From NCBI RefSeq assembly GCF_009914755.1, contig NC_060940.1: 64,000 nucleotides of DNA; one strand, written 5' to 3'. The position numbers and the translations under genes are program-made. This document shows positions 32,622-48,799 of this stretch, one piece after another. The stretch comes from the human T2T-CHM13v2.0 reference genome, Homo sapiens. The notes below the pieces were generated by a model, which did no database searches, was not told where the DNA came from, and worked only from the letters and a program-made list of their open reading frames with translations. The first letter of the stretch is position 1; each line of letters opens with the position of its first letter.

Positions 32622-34357
32622 AATGGCAGTTTGTAGGCTCTTAGCAACACGTTCGTTGATTGAAGAATGGTGGACATTGGTTGAAGTTGGTTCCCGCATG
32701 GGCGGAATCTGGCTTTGCAGGAGTTCGGGGAATCTGTCCCCTGCACAGTTCAAATTTGGAGAAGCAGATTAATGTACTTACTTGGAAAAGAGAACTTACC
32801 CCTGTGGTTTCTCTGTCTTGGGAGGAAGTTCCATGAATAAACAACCAACTTGTTTTTGAAATACTTTCTACCCAAGTACTTTGAATACTTAGAATGATCC
32901 CCTAGGTGATCCTTGAGCTGGGGACACAATTTCGGGAGCTGGGTCAGCCTAAGGCAGCCGCTCAACCCACTCGCCTTTCTTGGGTCTTCCTTGGGGTCTG
33001 CAGATGATCATGGTGCACACTGTTACCCTCTCTGGAGGGGGCAGCTCCCTATAAGCATTCATTGAGTGTCTGCTGAATGCAGAATCTTTTGGTGGTAGGA
33101 GAGAGGGGGAAAGAGAAGGCATATGAGTTTGTGGTAGGCTGGAAGGTGAACCCTGGCTTAGCCCTTGAATTCTAACAATGGTTTTTGCCATTTTGTGCTG
33201 TGAGATCATGAACAAGTGACTTTGCCACTCTGATTCTCAGTTTTCCTGTCTGCAAAATGAGGATGTGCCTGCCCACGTTGTGGGATGTGCCTTCCCCATA
33301 TTGCAGGATTACTGGGTGATTCAAGTGTGAAATCCTACATGAGCATGCTTGCAAAAGTCACAAAGGCCTGGGAAGCAGAGTATTGTCATTGTTGTGGGGT
33401 GAAACCAGAAATCGGAGAATGATTCAAAATTCACATGTAAGATCAATGCCATTGGCTGTAAAGTGGAATATTAGAAAAGGAATCTCTAAAAGATGTGGGG
33501 AAGTAAAACAGAAAGGGAGGAAATGTGGCTTGATTTCCTGCTGGCTACTGTGAGCTGCACAAATTGTTCTAGTCTTGTGCGCTTTGGGCTCGTCATAGTA
33601 AGATGGAGATCAAAACGTCTACCTTGCCAGGTCATTTCCAGATAATAATAGTAATAAATTGGCCAGGTGCAGTGGCTCTCACCTGTAATCCCAGCATTTT
33701 GGGAGGCTGAGGCGGGTGAATCCCTTGAGCCCAGGGGCTTAAGACCAGACCAGACAACATAGCAAGACCTCATATGTACCAAAAATGCAAAAATTTTCCA
33801 GGTATGGTGGCATGTGCCTGTAGTCCCAGCTACTTGGGAGGCTGAGGTGGGAGGATCACTTGAGCCCAGGAGGCGGAGGCTGCAGTAAGGGGAGATCACA
33901 CTACTGTACTCCAGCCTGGGCGACACAGTGAGACTCTGCCTCAAAAAAAAAAATATAGTAATAAATACTAATATGTAGTGGACACTTACTGTGTACTGGG
34001 CACTGGTGTTTCATAGACCATGTCTCCTTTGGGTGCCACAGAAACCCTAAGAAGTAGGAGTTTATTTCTACTTCCATTTCACAGATATGGGCTCAGAGAA
34101 GTCAACTAACTTGCCCAAGGTAACGCAATTTTTGAGAGGCTCCCCAATATGTGCTATTTGATCTGTGAAAACTCTTGCAAGATGTCAAGCTTCCAGTGAA
34201 GCTTCAACGTTGTCAGCAACTGCAAATGCTGGGGACAAGGAGAATACAAAACTGGTGAGCAGTGGGTGGATTAATCTGAGAAGCCTTCCCGGAAGAAGCA
34301 GATGTAAAGTTGCGTTGTGAAGTGGATTAGGATTATTGAGTTCCTGGAGGAGGTCTA

Positions 34358-35174
<817 letters not shown>

Positions 35175-36109
35175 CTAAGCACAGTGGCTCATGCCTGTAA
35201 TCCCAGCATTTTGAGAGGCTGAGGCAGAAGGATCACTTCAGCCCAGGAGTTTAAGACCAGCCTGAGCAACATAGGGAGACCTTATCTCTAAAAAATAAAA
35301 ATAAATTAGCCAGGCAAGACCTTACCTCTAAATAGGGAGACCTAAATAATTAGATGTGTGCCACTGTGCCTGGCTAATTTATTTTTATTTTTTAGAGATA
35401 AGGTCTCCCTATTTATTTAGGTCTCCAGTGAGACCTTATGGCTAAAAAATAAAAATAAATTAGCCAGGCATGGTGGCACATACCTGTGGTCCCAGTTACG
35501 TGGGAGACTGAAGTGAGACTGCTGGAACGTGGGAGGTCAAGGTTGCAGTGAGCCATGATTGTGCCAGTGTACTCCAGCCCGGGCAACAGAAAAAGACACT
35601 GTTTCAGAAAAAAAAAAAAAAAAAAAAAAGGAAGGAAAGAAAGAAAGAAAAAAAGAGAAAAGAGAAGAATCCGAGACAGAGGAGTATAGATAATGCTTTC
35701 AAGGAGTCTGGCTCTAAAGGTAGCAAAAAACTGGAGCTGGGCTGGAGGAGGATGTGCAGGAACCTAATCCCCCAGAGAGGTGCCTTCTCCTGTTGGCCGT
35801 CTCTAGCACCCTGGCCTACCCTCTACATGGTATCCTGCATGGACTTGACACCAAATATTTGCAAAATGAGTAGTGATTATAATAGCCATATCACTCATCA
35901 TTCTCCTCATCCCTGCAAGGTGGCTAGGAGGCTGAAAGTAAAACAAAAAATAGCTAAGAAAGCTCCCTGTAAAGTGAGGTTCATTCTTCCTTTGCACGCT
36001 AATCATCATCCTCATGGCTAATGCGATTTCTTTTTGTTTCAAGAGATTTGGCTTCATGGTCACATGCTATAGCTGGGAGTGTGAAAGCAGGTACAACCTT
36101 TTGGGTGGA

Positions 36110-36553
36110 TGTGTTAGCCCATTTTGTGCTACTCTAACAGAATACCCGAGATTGGGAAATTTACAAAGAAAAGAAGTTTATTTAGCTTGTGGTTCTGCAG
36201 GCTGGGACGTTCAAGGGCACAACACTAGCTTCTGGCAAGAGTTTTTATGCTGCATCATATCATGGCAGAGAAGGTCAAATGGGAAACAGACACATGCAAA
36301 GAGGCAAAACCCAAAGGTGTCCTGGCTTTATAACAACCCACTCTCAAAGGAACTAATCCATTCCCATGAGAATTAATCCAGTCAAGCAGAGCCCACTCAT
36401 TACTGCATTACTAGCACCAAGCCATTCGTGGGGGATCCATCCCCATGACCCAAACACCTCCCACTAGGCCCCACCTCCCAACAACGCCACATTGGAGGTC
36501 AAATTTCAACATGAGTTCTGGTGAAGACAAACACACCATATCCGAACCATAGC
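36110..36553 (-). mobile_element. MST-family MaLR LTR
   Basis: aatacccgagattgggaaatttacaaagaaaagaag...ccccacctcccaac...aaatttcaacatgag...ccatagca. Confidence 0.7.
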
Positions 36554-37027
36554 AGTGGGCAAGTTGGCAATAGATGTCAACAGCTAGGAAGTCAAATGTA
36601 CATGACTATTGCAACATTGTTTGTAACAAACCAGATCAATGTCAACGTCCACCATTAAAAGGACTTGGTTAAATAAGCAATGATATATTCATTTTGTACA
36701 ATATTGTAGAGCCATTAAAAGGAATGAAGCAAGTAAATACACAAAACAAATAAAGGAATGAAGCAGATTTGCATGCACTGACATAGAAAGGGGTCCAAAA
36801 TACATTACACGAAACATTTGAGAGTCAAGTTGCATAACAGCATAATTACAGAATGATATTTAAAGATTTCCATAGATTGCCTCTAGAAAGAGAGACTATG
36901 TATGGACAGCTGGATTTATTTCTTATAAGTTTCAGGGAGAAGAAACGAGGAAAGGACAGTGTAGGGAATAATATTCTCACTTTGAAGATGGAGTTGTTCT
37001 TTTCCAGGGGAACAAAGCCAACTCTGA

Positions 37028-37310
<283 letters not shown>

Positions 37311-39322
37311 TGATCTGCCCCGGCCTCCCGAAGGGCTGGGATTACAGGCAGGAGCCACCGCATCCAGCCTCTACAGGAAGAATTGATTCTTATCTACAGG
37401 TCACTTTCCAGGTGCCCATGGAGGTGACTTCACCCAAAACTGCGTTTTCCCAAACATACCACTCCTGAAATTCCCCAAGCCCTCCTCGCTGATTCAGGGG
37501 GTAGGAGAGGTAGGTGGACAAACACCATCTGCTTAGAGAAGGCAGAATCATAGCAGGTAAATCCTTCCAGCAGGGTTTCCATAACCTGTAGCAACTGTTG
37601 TTACCATGGAAACCCAAACAATAGCCACCATTACAGGAGAAGCCATAGGCACTGTTTTTCCCAGGGTTTAACTAGGCCAAGACCAAATCAGAGGCTTCAT
37701 TCATTCATTCATTCATTCATTACTAGGGGTTTAAATCTAATGCCAGCCCCTATGATGGGCATTGGGAACATGAAGGTCAATAAGACCCATTCCCACCTAT
37801 TAAGAAGCTCACAGTCCCAAGAGGCGAAGACAGGCAGTTAAATAAGTAATTATAATTCCATGAAAGGACTTAGTGAAAATCCAAGTGTTCATTATCTGGC
37901 CCCCACCCTTCATCCATAATAAATTTTAATAATGTTTTAATAAAGTATCTGGTCATAGGTAAGTTTAATTTCCAAGTTTAGGTCTTATGCATTTCATTTC
38001 CACCTTTCCTTAGGCCCTTCTTGACTGTGAGTTATTGTTATAATATTTTTAACTTTTTGTTTTGAAATAACTGTAGACTCAAGTGACCTTGCAAAAAGAG
38101 TGTCAAGTGGTATTGTGTATCTTTCACCCAGCTCTTCCCAACTGGAACATCTCCCATAACTACATTGCATTACTAGCACCAGGAAATTGACATCAGTCCA
38201 ATAGAATTAACTAGACTCCAGACCAGCAGAACCTTCCTTTTTGAACCCTAGTCTGGCTCTGACCATCATATCAACACCCTCTTTTAGTCTGTCTGTCTCT
38301 GAGTGTATGCAATCATTTGCAAAATGAAGCTGCCATCCTTGCCAAGTTACAGAATTTCCTGAAGTCAATGTAAATGATGCACCCACAAAGATATCAACAA
38401 ATAAGCTTCTGGTAGACTTAGGCTAAGAAACAACTGAGGAAGAGGAAATTGACAAGAAGACTGGACAGGCGCTTAAAACAGATAATTTCATTATGAAAAG
38501 ACAAAGAAAGACCCGTTGGGAAACTAGTGGTACTTTCTAACGTTTTTGCAAAAATGACTTCCTTTCTGTGTGATCATGGCCTGAAACTTACAGAAAACGG
38601 TCATATCATGTGTTCCAACAAATTTTTTATCAGAAAATTATGCCTAAAAGAAAAAATATACATCACTCCTGGCTTCATACTCTGTTCATTCTAAAAATGT
38701 GTACAGTTTTGCAATTATAATTTCATTAGCTAAAGACAGAATAATGTCTACAAATTTTAGTTTCATTTAGTTTCATTTTTAAGGTAGAGTCTCAATCAAA
38801 TAATCAAATCCTTTTTCCCCTCAATATTTACTATGAAGTTTTAGTCCCATTCTGACTAGATTTGCTTTTACCTGTCTTTCTCTGGCACTAATGATCCTTG
38901 AAGATAAAAAATCCCCTGCCAAGGTATTATAGGGCAAAGGACACAATAACCAGTTCTGCAGGAAGGTGAGCGAAGCCTTCCACTAAGTAACATTTGGGCT
39001 GGGTATTGAAAGATGTGTAGGAGTTCACCAAGGGAAAATGAAGGAGAAATCTGTGCAGTTAGAGAATAGTGTGTCAGAGTCTGAGAAGGACAGGAGAACA
39101 TGGCTTCCTTTCTGATGTCATGTTTGGGCTGTGGTGAGGTTGCAGGCAGAGTGAATAGAATGAAGTAGGAACAATTTCCTGTGATAGGGGATGAGCCTGT
39201 GTGGGTGAAAAGAGCCGTCCTGAAGAGCTGACGCTTCATCCAAGGCAGTGGGAAGCGTTGCTGGAGGGTTTTGCGATAAGGAGGGACATGACCAGTGGTG
39301 CAGTTTAGAAAGATCCCTGTAG

Positions 39323-39634
<312 letters not shown>

Positions 39635-39954
39635 TGATCCGCCCACCTTGGCCTCCCAAAGTGCTGGGATTACAGGTGTGAGCCACCATGCCCAGCCAAA
39701 CTTTCAAGAGTGGTGGTTACGATAGAGACTCTAGATGAGACCACTGTGTGGAGTCAGGCTCCACCACTGACTAGCCTGGGACCCTCACTTAAGCTTGATG
39801 AGCCTCAGCTTCTTCATCTGTAAAATGGGAATGATGATTGTACCTACCACATAGGATTGCTGGGAGGACTAACTGTGAAGTCATGTGCTTAGACCATGTA
39901 GGGAGCCAGGTTCAGATGAGAAGTGACGAAGAGAATTTAAATTACAGATGATAG

Positions 39955-40575
<621 letters not shown>

Positions 40576-40900
40576 TTAAGGCTGGGTGAGGATGAAGGAT
40601 GGAGGTGAACAAGAGACTCCAGAAATCCCAAGAACACATCACCGAGTGACCTGGGAACAGATTGCATGGTGTGGGAGGTCATGGTAAAGGTGGAAGATGA
40701 TTCCGGGTCTCCCGCCTGGCTGTCCCGGGAGCGGGCGGGAAGGAATATCATTCACTGACTCAGGGAACAAAGGCAGATGAGCAGGTCTTGAGTTCAGAGC
40801 CAGTGGATTTGTTTTGGAGCATGTGTAGAAGGACAGAAGCCACATCGCCACATCACAGTTAATTCGCTTTATCTTTATGTGAGAAGTGTTTCTTTTTTGA

Positions 40901-41196
<296 letters not shown>

Positions 41197-41792
41197 TAAT
41201 GCATGTTTATCATAAACAGTTTCAGAAGGACCTATGGCAACTATAGCAGCTATCTCAACTCCTAGAAATTATGCCTTTTAGAGTGTGAGGACAACAGAGG
41301 GCTCGAGGAGGAAAAGGACTGAGAAAATAGTGTAGTAAATTTCATGCACCTTGACGTCATTTATATATTAAAGGTAATGGACTTCTAGTTCTGCCACTGT
41401 GGAGGATTAGATACTTTCATGACTCTCTCTGCCCACTGAAACAACTAAACTGCTGGATAAAATATTTTAAAACATCCTTTTAGGCCAGGTGCAGGGGCTC
41501 ATGCCTGTAATCCCACCACTTTGGGAGTCCAGGGTGAGAGGATTGCTTGAGCCCAGGAGTTGGAGGCTGCAGTGAGCTATGATCACATCACTGCACCCAA
41601 GCATGGGCAATAGAGCAAGACTCTGTCTCAAAACAAAGACAAAAACAAAACCATTTTAAAACACATTGGTGGGCCAGGCATGGTGGTTCATGCCTGTAAT
41701 CCCAGCACTTTGGGAGGCCAAAGCAGGCAGATCACTTGAGGCCAAAAGTTTGAGACCAGCCAGGCCAACATAGCAAAATCCCACCACTACTA

Positions 41793-42065
<273 letters not shown>

Positions 42066-43276
42066 TCAGTAAAGGTGTTTTTTTTTTTCCTGAAGGTTCC
42101 TATCAAACTCTAGAGAACCTGAGCTTCCTCCTTTGAAAGCTGTAGAGCATACTAGGAGAACTCAGGTGAGAATTTTTGTTTTGCTTCTGCTTTTTTGAGA
42201 CAGGGTCTCACTCTATCACCCAGGCTGGAGTGCTGTGGTGCATTCACATTCACTGCAGCCTCACCCTGCTGGGCTCAAGTGATCCTCCCTCCTCAACCTC
42301 CCAAGTAGCTGGGACTACAGGCACCACCAAGCCTCGCTAACTTTTTTGTATTTTTTGTAGAGACAGGGTTTCGCCATGTTACCCAGGCTGGTCTCCATCT
42401 CCTGAGATCAAGCGATCTGCCCGCCTCGGTGTCCCAAAGTGCTGGGATTATAGTCATGAGCCACCGCACCCGTCCACAGGTAGATTTAATGGTAGATTTC
42501 TGCATACAGCGGAACCCTAATGGAGTACACTGTCACTGTAAGAATGAGCAAGAGCTAAACCCTACCAGAGAAACAGCTTTGAAACTTGCCTGTCCCAATC
42601 TTAGGGTTGAATGTAGGAAAAGAAAAATATCTTACCTGAGAACTTGTCATTACAAAGGGGTCCTTACTCAGGTTTGTGACCTGAATTCATGCTATCTAGT
42701 AATAATAATAATAATAATATAAAGATGTTATAAACTGGAAGTAGGGTGCTTTAAGATTAGCAGAGGTGGAGTCAACTCCTCTCTAATGGAATTTAACTTT
42801 ATTCCAGGATTCAAAGGTCACCTACAATGAAGTTCTAAAGAAATGAAGAGCTCACATTAAAAAAAAAAAATTACACACACAGGCAAAGAAGCATAGCATC
42901 TTGAGTGGAAGTAAATAGAAACCATAGACAGTAAACACAGAGGTCAGGCCCGGTGGCTCCCTCCCACTTTGGGAGGTCAAGGTGGAAGGATCACTTTAGG
43001 CCAGCAGTTCAAGACCAGCCTGGGCAAAATAGTGAGGCCCCATCTTTACAAAAAAGTTTAAAAATTAGCCGAGCATGGTAGCAGGCGCCTATAATCCTAG
43101 CTACTTTGGAGGCTGAGGCAGGAGGATTACTTGAGCTCAGGAATTCAAGGATTCGAACTGAGGAATTCATTGAGCAGTGGTCACACCAGCCTGGGCAGCA
43201 GAGTCTCTAAAAGACAAATAAACAAACCCAGAGACTTCGGATACCCGAATAGAGATACAAATGTGTAAAATCAAAG

Positions 43277-43485
43277 ATGTGCTTAAGCCAGCTGGCGGAG
43301 CTCGGGAGAGCTGATTGTGGGCATCTCTTCCCAACTCCACGTGCAGCAATATCACATTGGTAGCCTGACATTGTCCATGGTGGGAATATTTACACCACGG
43401 AGGTTGGCAAACTCTAAATTAGGGCTTCTATTTTTTTTTTTTAAAGAGACAGTGATACAGTTGTTTAACATTTACTAGAAGACTG
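43277..43485. mobile_element. MER63-like DNA transposon relic
   Basis: catctcttcccaactcc...ttggtagcctga...catggtgggaatatttacaccacgg. Confidence 0.55.
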
Positions 43486-43723
43486 CTGAATATATTTATT
43501 TTATTTATTTATTTATTTTCAAATACCAACTCAAATCAGATGCTGAATTTATTTGAAGATTAACAGAGAAGCTTTAAAAAAAATCAGGGAACAGGGACTA
43601 TAAAGAACAACTGGGCAGGACACATTGGTTCATGCCTGTAATTCCAACACTTTGGGAGGCCGCCCAAGAGTTTGAGACCAGCCTGGGCAACATAGGGAGA
43701 CCCCATGTTTACAGAAAAATTTA

Positions 43724-43924
<201 letters not shown>

Positions 43925-45016
43925 CTAGAAATGAAAAATATAACTAAAAATGAAAACTTAGTACACAAATTAAATGGTAAATTAGTAGATTTTCTGATTC
44001 ACTAATTCTGAAGAAGAAAGATGTAAGAGATATGTTAAAAGACATAGAAGACAGGTGTAACATAAAACAAATTGGAGTTTCAGAAGTAAATAACAGAGAA
44101 AATGGGAAAGGTAATACTTAAGGATAGGTGTATGTCTTTGTATATATGCATCTCTATTCAAGAGAACATTTATCTTGAATGTGCTCTTGATAAGACTTCA
44201 AAGGAAAGAAAAAATGCACTCTGACCTGGAAATTTTGATCTTAGTTTACTAAACGTAATTTGTCTGCATTGACTATTTAGTCTACGTCTTCTAAAACTTC
44301 AGAGCAGGCCAGGCATGGTGGCTCACACCCATAATCCCAGGACTTTGGAAGGCTGAGGAAGGAGGATCACTGAGATGTTAGGATTACAGGTGTGAGTCAC
44401 CACACCTGGCCCAGATTTACCTTTAACTAATAAGACTGTAAGCTGCATAAGACTGGCAATTTTCTTTTTTTTTTCTTTGATTTTTTGTTCATGATTGTTT
44501 TCCCTGTTTCTGTTAGTGCCCCACTGGGGTTGACTCATTTATTCAATAAATGAATGAGTTTGTTAGATGGCTACTACACGCCAGGCCGAGTCTAACATAT
44601 GATGAACATCATTTCCCAGTTGAGGAAACTAAGACATAGCGCTATAAGGGGGCATGTTCAAGCTTATATGTAATAAAGCAGGGATTCAAATCCACTTATA
44701 CTAACAACATGGCCAGGCGCGGTGGCCGACACCTGTAATTGCAGCACTTTGGGAGGTCAAGGCGGGTGGATTACATGAGGCCAGGAGTTTGAGACCAGCC
44801 TGGCCAACATGGTGAAACCCTGTCTCTACTAAAAATACAAAAATTAGCAGAGTGTGATGGCGCACGCCTGTAATCACAGCTACTCAGGAGGCTAAGGCAG
44901 GAGAATCGCTTGAACCGGGAGGCGGAGGTTGCAGTGAGCTGAGATCATGCCACTGCACTCCAGCCTGGGTGACAGACCAAGACTCTGTCTCAGAAAAATA
45001 GAAGAATACTGATAAA

Positions 45017-45647
45017 GGTGGCAGGAATGGTGGTGGTGATGATGGTGGTGATGACAGTGGTGGTGATGATGATGGTGGTGATGATGGTGGTGGTGGTGGT
45101 GGTGGTGATGGTGGTGGTGATGGTGGTGGTGGTGGTGATAGTGGTGGTGGTGATGGTGTTGGTGATGATGATGGTCATGATGGTGGTAGTGATGGTGGTG
45201 ATGGCAGTGATGGTGGTGGTGATGACGGTGGTGATGGTTGTGGTGATGATGGTGATGGTGGCAATGGTGGTGGTGATAATGATGGTGGTGATGGTGGTGG
45301 TGATGGTGGTGGTGATGGTAGTGATGTTGGTGGTGATGTTGATGGTGGTGGTGTTGGTGGTGGTGATGATGATGGTGGTGGTGATGGTGGTGGTGATGGT
45401 GATGATGGTGGTGATGGTGGCGATGGTGGTGATGGTGGTGGTGATGGTGATGATGGTGGTGGTGGTGATGGTGGTGGTGATGGTGGTGACGATAGCGGTG
45501 GTGATGGTGGTGGTGATGATGATGGTGGTGATGATGGTGGTGGTGGTGATGATGGTGATGGTGGTGGTGACGATAGTGGTGGTGATGATGGTGATGGTGA
45601 TGATGGTGGTGGTGATGATGGAGGTGGTGATGACGGAGGTGGTGATG
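45017..45647. repeat. ~630-bp (GGT/GAT)n triplet low-complexity tract
   Basis: Uninterrupted 3-nt phase. It produces the poly-V/M, poly-T/I and poly-P/S pseudo-ORFs. Confidence 0.95.
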
Positions 45648-46829
45648 TCATCCCGTAGACGACACGCCACCCACTCTCCCCACTGCTTTCAGTCATAAGC
45701 CAGGAGTGAACTCCATATGTCTTGCAGGGAAACCCAAAAAGCAAAGGTAGCAGTCCACAGCCCTGAGCAGCAGCCAAGGTGACTCAGGCTGAGATGCAAC
45801 AACCTGGTCTGTGGGCAGACAGGCAGCAGCCACAGGGGCCAGCCTGGACGTGCCCATAGATCCAGGGAGCTGATCCTCTTCCTCTCAAGGGGAAGTAGCC
45901 ACTCCAGCAGATGCTGTGTTCCCAGCCCTCTTCTCCTTTTCAAAATCTGCAGCCCAGTGTTCCTCCCAGGAACGCAGGGTCTGGCCCAGGTTCTGTAACT
46001 TACACCTTAGCCGCATCCATAGAGTAAGATGATTGATGCTTTCCTTGAATTATTTTTGGTGATGATAAGATCATATACAGAAAGCATCTAACTCCCCAGT
46101 ATTCTCACTCAAGAAATGATATCTGAATTTTTAAAATTATATCATCATTGATTTCCAGCTGGAGGAGCAGGAACTAGAGAAGCCAGTTGCCCCCCACCCA
46201 ACAGGTAGGTGACGTCAAGGACCACCTAAGCTCCTAGCCGTGAACTGGGGAAATAGAGCCTGGGCATTTTACATGTAACCAACTTCACTGCCCCTCTCAA
46301 CAGATCCCTCAGCACCCTCTCTTTTCCCTGCTTTCAGCCTCAGGCTCCAAGCTTCTCATCCCCAGGGCCCCTAGTGTCTTCAGAGTCAAGACCCAGATCT
46401 TGATTGGTAACAGAACCATGACACCAAGCACTAAACTGGTGTTTCCCAAAGTGTGGTTTCTGTGTCACCCTTCTGGCAGGCAGATAACTAAGGGAAAAGG
46501 GGTTCACCCATAGGTGTTAAATAACAACCAATCACTTAGTAAGAAAGCCCCCTCTCAATCATCATCATCTTCATCATTATATTAGGTTACACCATATGAA
46601 ACAGCAATTTTTATGAATCTAAAACAAACAAATATCAGCAGTTTTATATGACTCAATCTAATAGGATACTTTAGACATATAAAAACTTATAAAGAATAAA
46701 GGCCAGATGCAGTGGCTCACGCGTGTAATTCCAGTACTTTGGGAGACCGAGGCAGGCGGATCAGGAGTTTGAGATCAGCCTGGCTAAAATGGTGAAACCC
46801 TGTCTCTACTAAAAATACAAAATTAGCTA

Positions 46830-46970
<141 letters not shown>

Positions 46971-48149
46971 TCAACAACAACAACAAAAAAGTTATAAAGA
47001 ATAATGGCTAGGCTGAGTGCAGTGGCTCTCACCTGTAATCCCAGTCCTTTGGGAGGCTGAGGCAGGAGAATCGCTGGAAGCCAGGAATTCGAGACCAACC
47101 TGGGCAACGTTGTGAGACCCTATTTCTACACAAAATTTAAAAATTACCCAAGCATGGTGGCACACTCCCAGCTACACGGGAAGAGGCTGAGGTGGGAGGA
47201 TCACTTGAGCTCAGAAGGTTGAGGTTACAATGAACCATGATTGCACCACTGCATTCCAGCCTGGACAACGGAGTGAGATCCTGAATCAGAAAGAAAGAAA
47301 AAAAAAGATGAACAGTATTTTCTTTAAAATGACCAGTTTTTTGTGGAAGAGCAGTCACAGAGAGCCCTGATGGCAAATAACTTATGACGATTCTGGAAGG
47401 AATTACAGGTTGGTAATCATAGATGACCAATGCTACCATTGGTGTGGAGATTGTACTAGCAGCTGAGCTCATGAGGAGAAGACTCTAGAATACCTATATC
47501 TGAATGTTGTACCTTTAGCAACCTGTGTTAAGGGTCTCTTCTTAGAAATGTAGCAGTCCCGGGTCATAGCTTATGGATTCACTTTTACATGTAACACTAT
47601 ACTATGATGAAACAGAAGGAGAGAAGATGATAAAAGATTCAACTATTAAACCTTTAAAACTCACTCACTGTCCCAATGTGTAATTTATTTGAATAACTTT
47701 ATTTTAACAAACATCAACTTCCTACACTTTGATTAAGTCTATTAAGTTTAATTGGTTAAAGGCATACGAACTCCAGAATGTTTATAAGACATTTCTATCT
47801 ATTCTTACGGTGATTTTTATTTCTTTCTCTTTTTTTTTCTAGCACAAACAAACCTGCTTTGTGTCTCATAATGCCCATGTGTAAGAATTTTTCTGGCATA
47901 TATACTGAAGAGTGGAAATCCTGAGTATTATTTAATGATTTTGTAGGCATTACCAAATTACTACCCTAAGCAATTACACCATTCTACATGCTCTCCAACA
48001 AAGTAGAATTCCCATTTTTCTATACCCTTAACATTTTTACTTATCTGCTGATGCAAGAGAGCTTTAGCTTGGTGCTACTCTATCTTTAATACCTTTCTAA
48101 CACTTGCTAACTACCTTTTGTCACAAAAGGAGATAGGTCCCCAGGATCA

Positions 48150-48620
48150 GAAACTCGAGGAAACTGAAATCTAAACTTTCATATTATCATTTTCCATTCT
48201 GCATGGGTTTTTTTGTTACAGTTGCCTACTATTCTTGCACAAGGGATACTGGCTTTCCAATTGTGATAAAGATAGGAAATTTCCTTTTAAAAGAAATTAA
48301 ATCAGTAAGACAGAGTAAAACAAAATATTAGGTAAATAATAGTACAGATTGCATGTGATTTGGAGGAGAAAAAAAATTATGCAGGGAGCTCTGAATAAGT
48401 AAAGATGGGAGAAGTAATACACTGGTGATTAATTGCAGGGGAATATTGCTGAGCTCAAGACCAGTGGGTTCTGCAACTAGGTAACACCTCCCTGGAAACT
48501 GTAGTATTTCAGAAGTGAAAAATCCTGGGGATCATGTAATCCAACCTATGTGTTTCATGGGTGACGACATTGTGGTCCAGAGAGAGGAAGTTTCTTGCCA
48601 GGCACAGTGAGTCAGTGGCC
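48150..48620. promoter_or_regulatory. Candidate distal CIITA enhancer (IRF/PU.1/RUNX/AP-1 cluster)
   Basis: ISRE GAAACTGAAA (48160-48169), GAAGTGAAA (48512-48520), TGTGGT (48571), GAGGAAGT (48584-48591) and TGAGTCA (48608-48614). Confidence 0.55.
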
Positions 48621-48799
48621 AAGTGGAGGCTGGCACCCAGGTTTTCTTGACTAAGCACATGGCAAGTGGCCACTGGATTGATAGGAACAATCAAAGCAGA
48701 CTTATTAAGTGATTACGACAGCAGATCCTTGTCCCTGGCTCTGTGCACCCACTGTTTGTTGTTTCATCATCTTGTAATGCAGATCTCCTGCAACCTATC

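Noticed and set aside
38300-38720. AT-rich segment reminiscent of a decayed Tigger-type transposase
   Set aside because: No ORF or terminal inverted repeats that I can verify. It needs a Dfam search.
44990-45777. 200-226 aa ORFs on both strands (poly-T/I, poly-V/M, poly-P/S) resembling mucin or extensin
   Set aside because: They are a by-product of a stop-free triplet repeat. There is no exon structure or promoter context.
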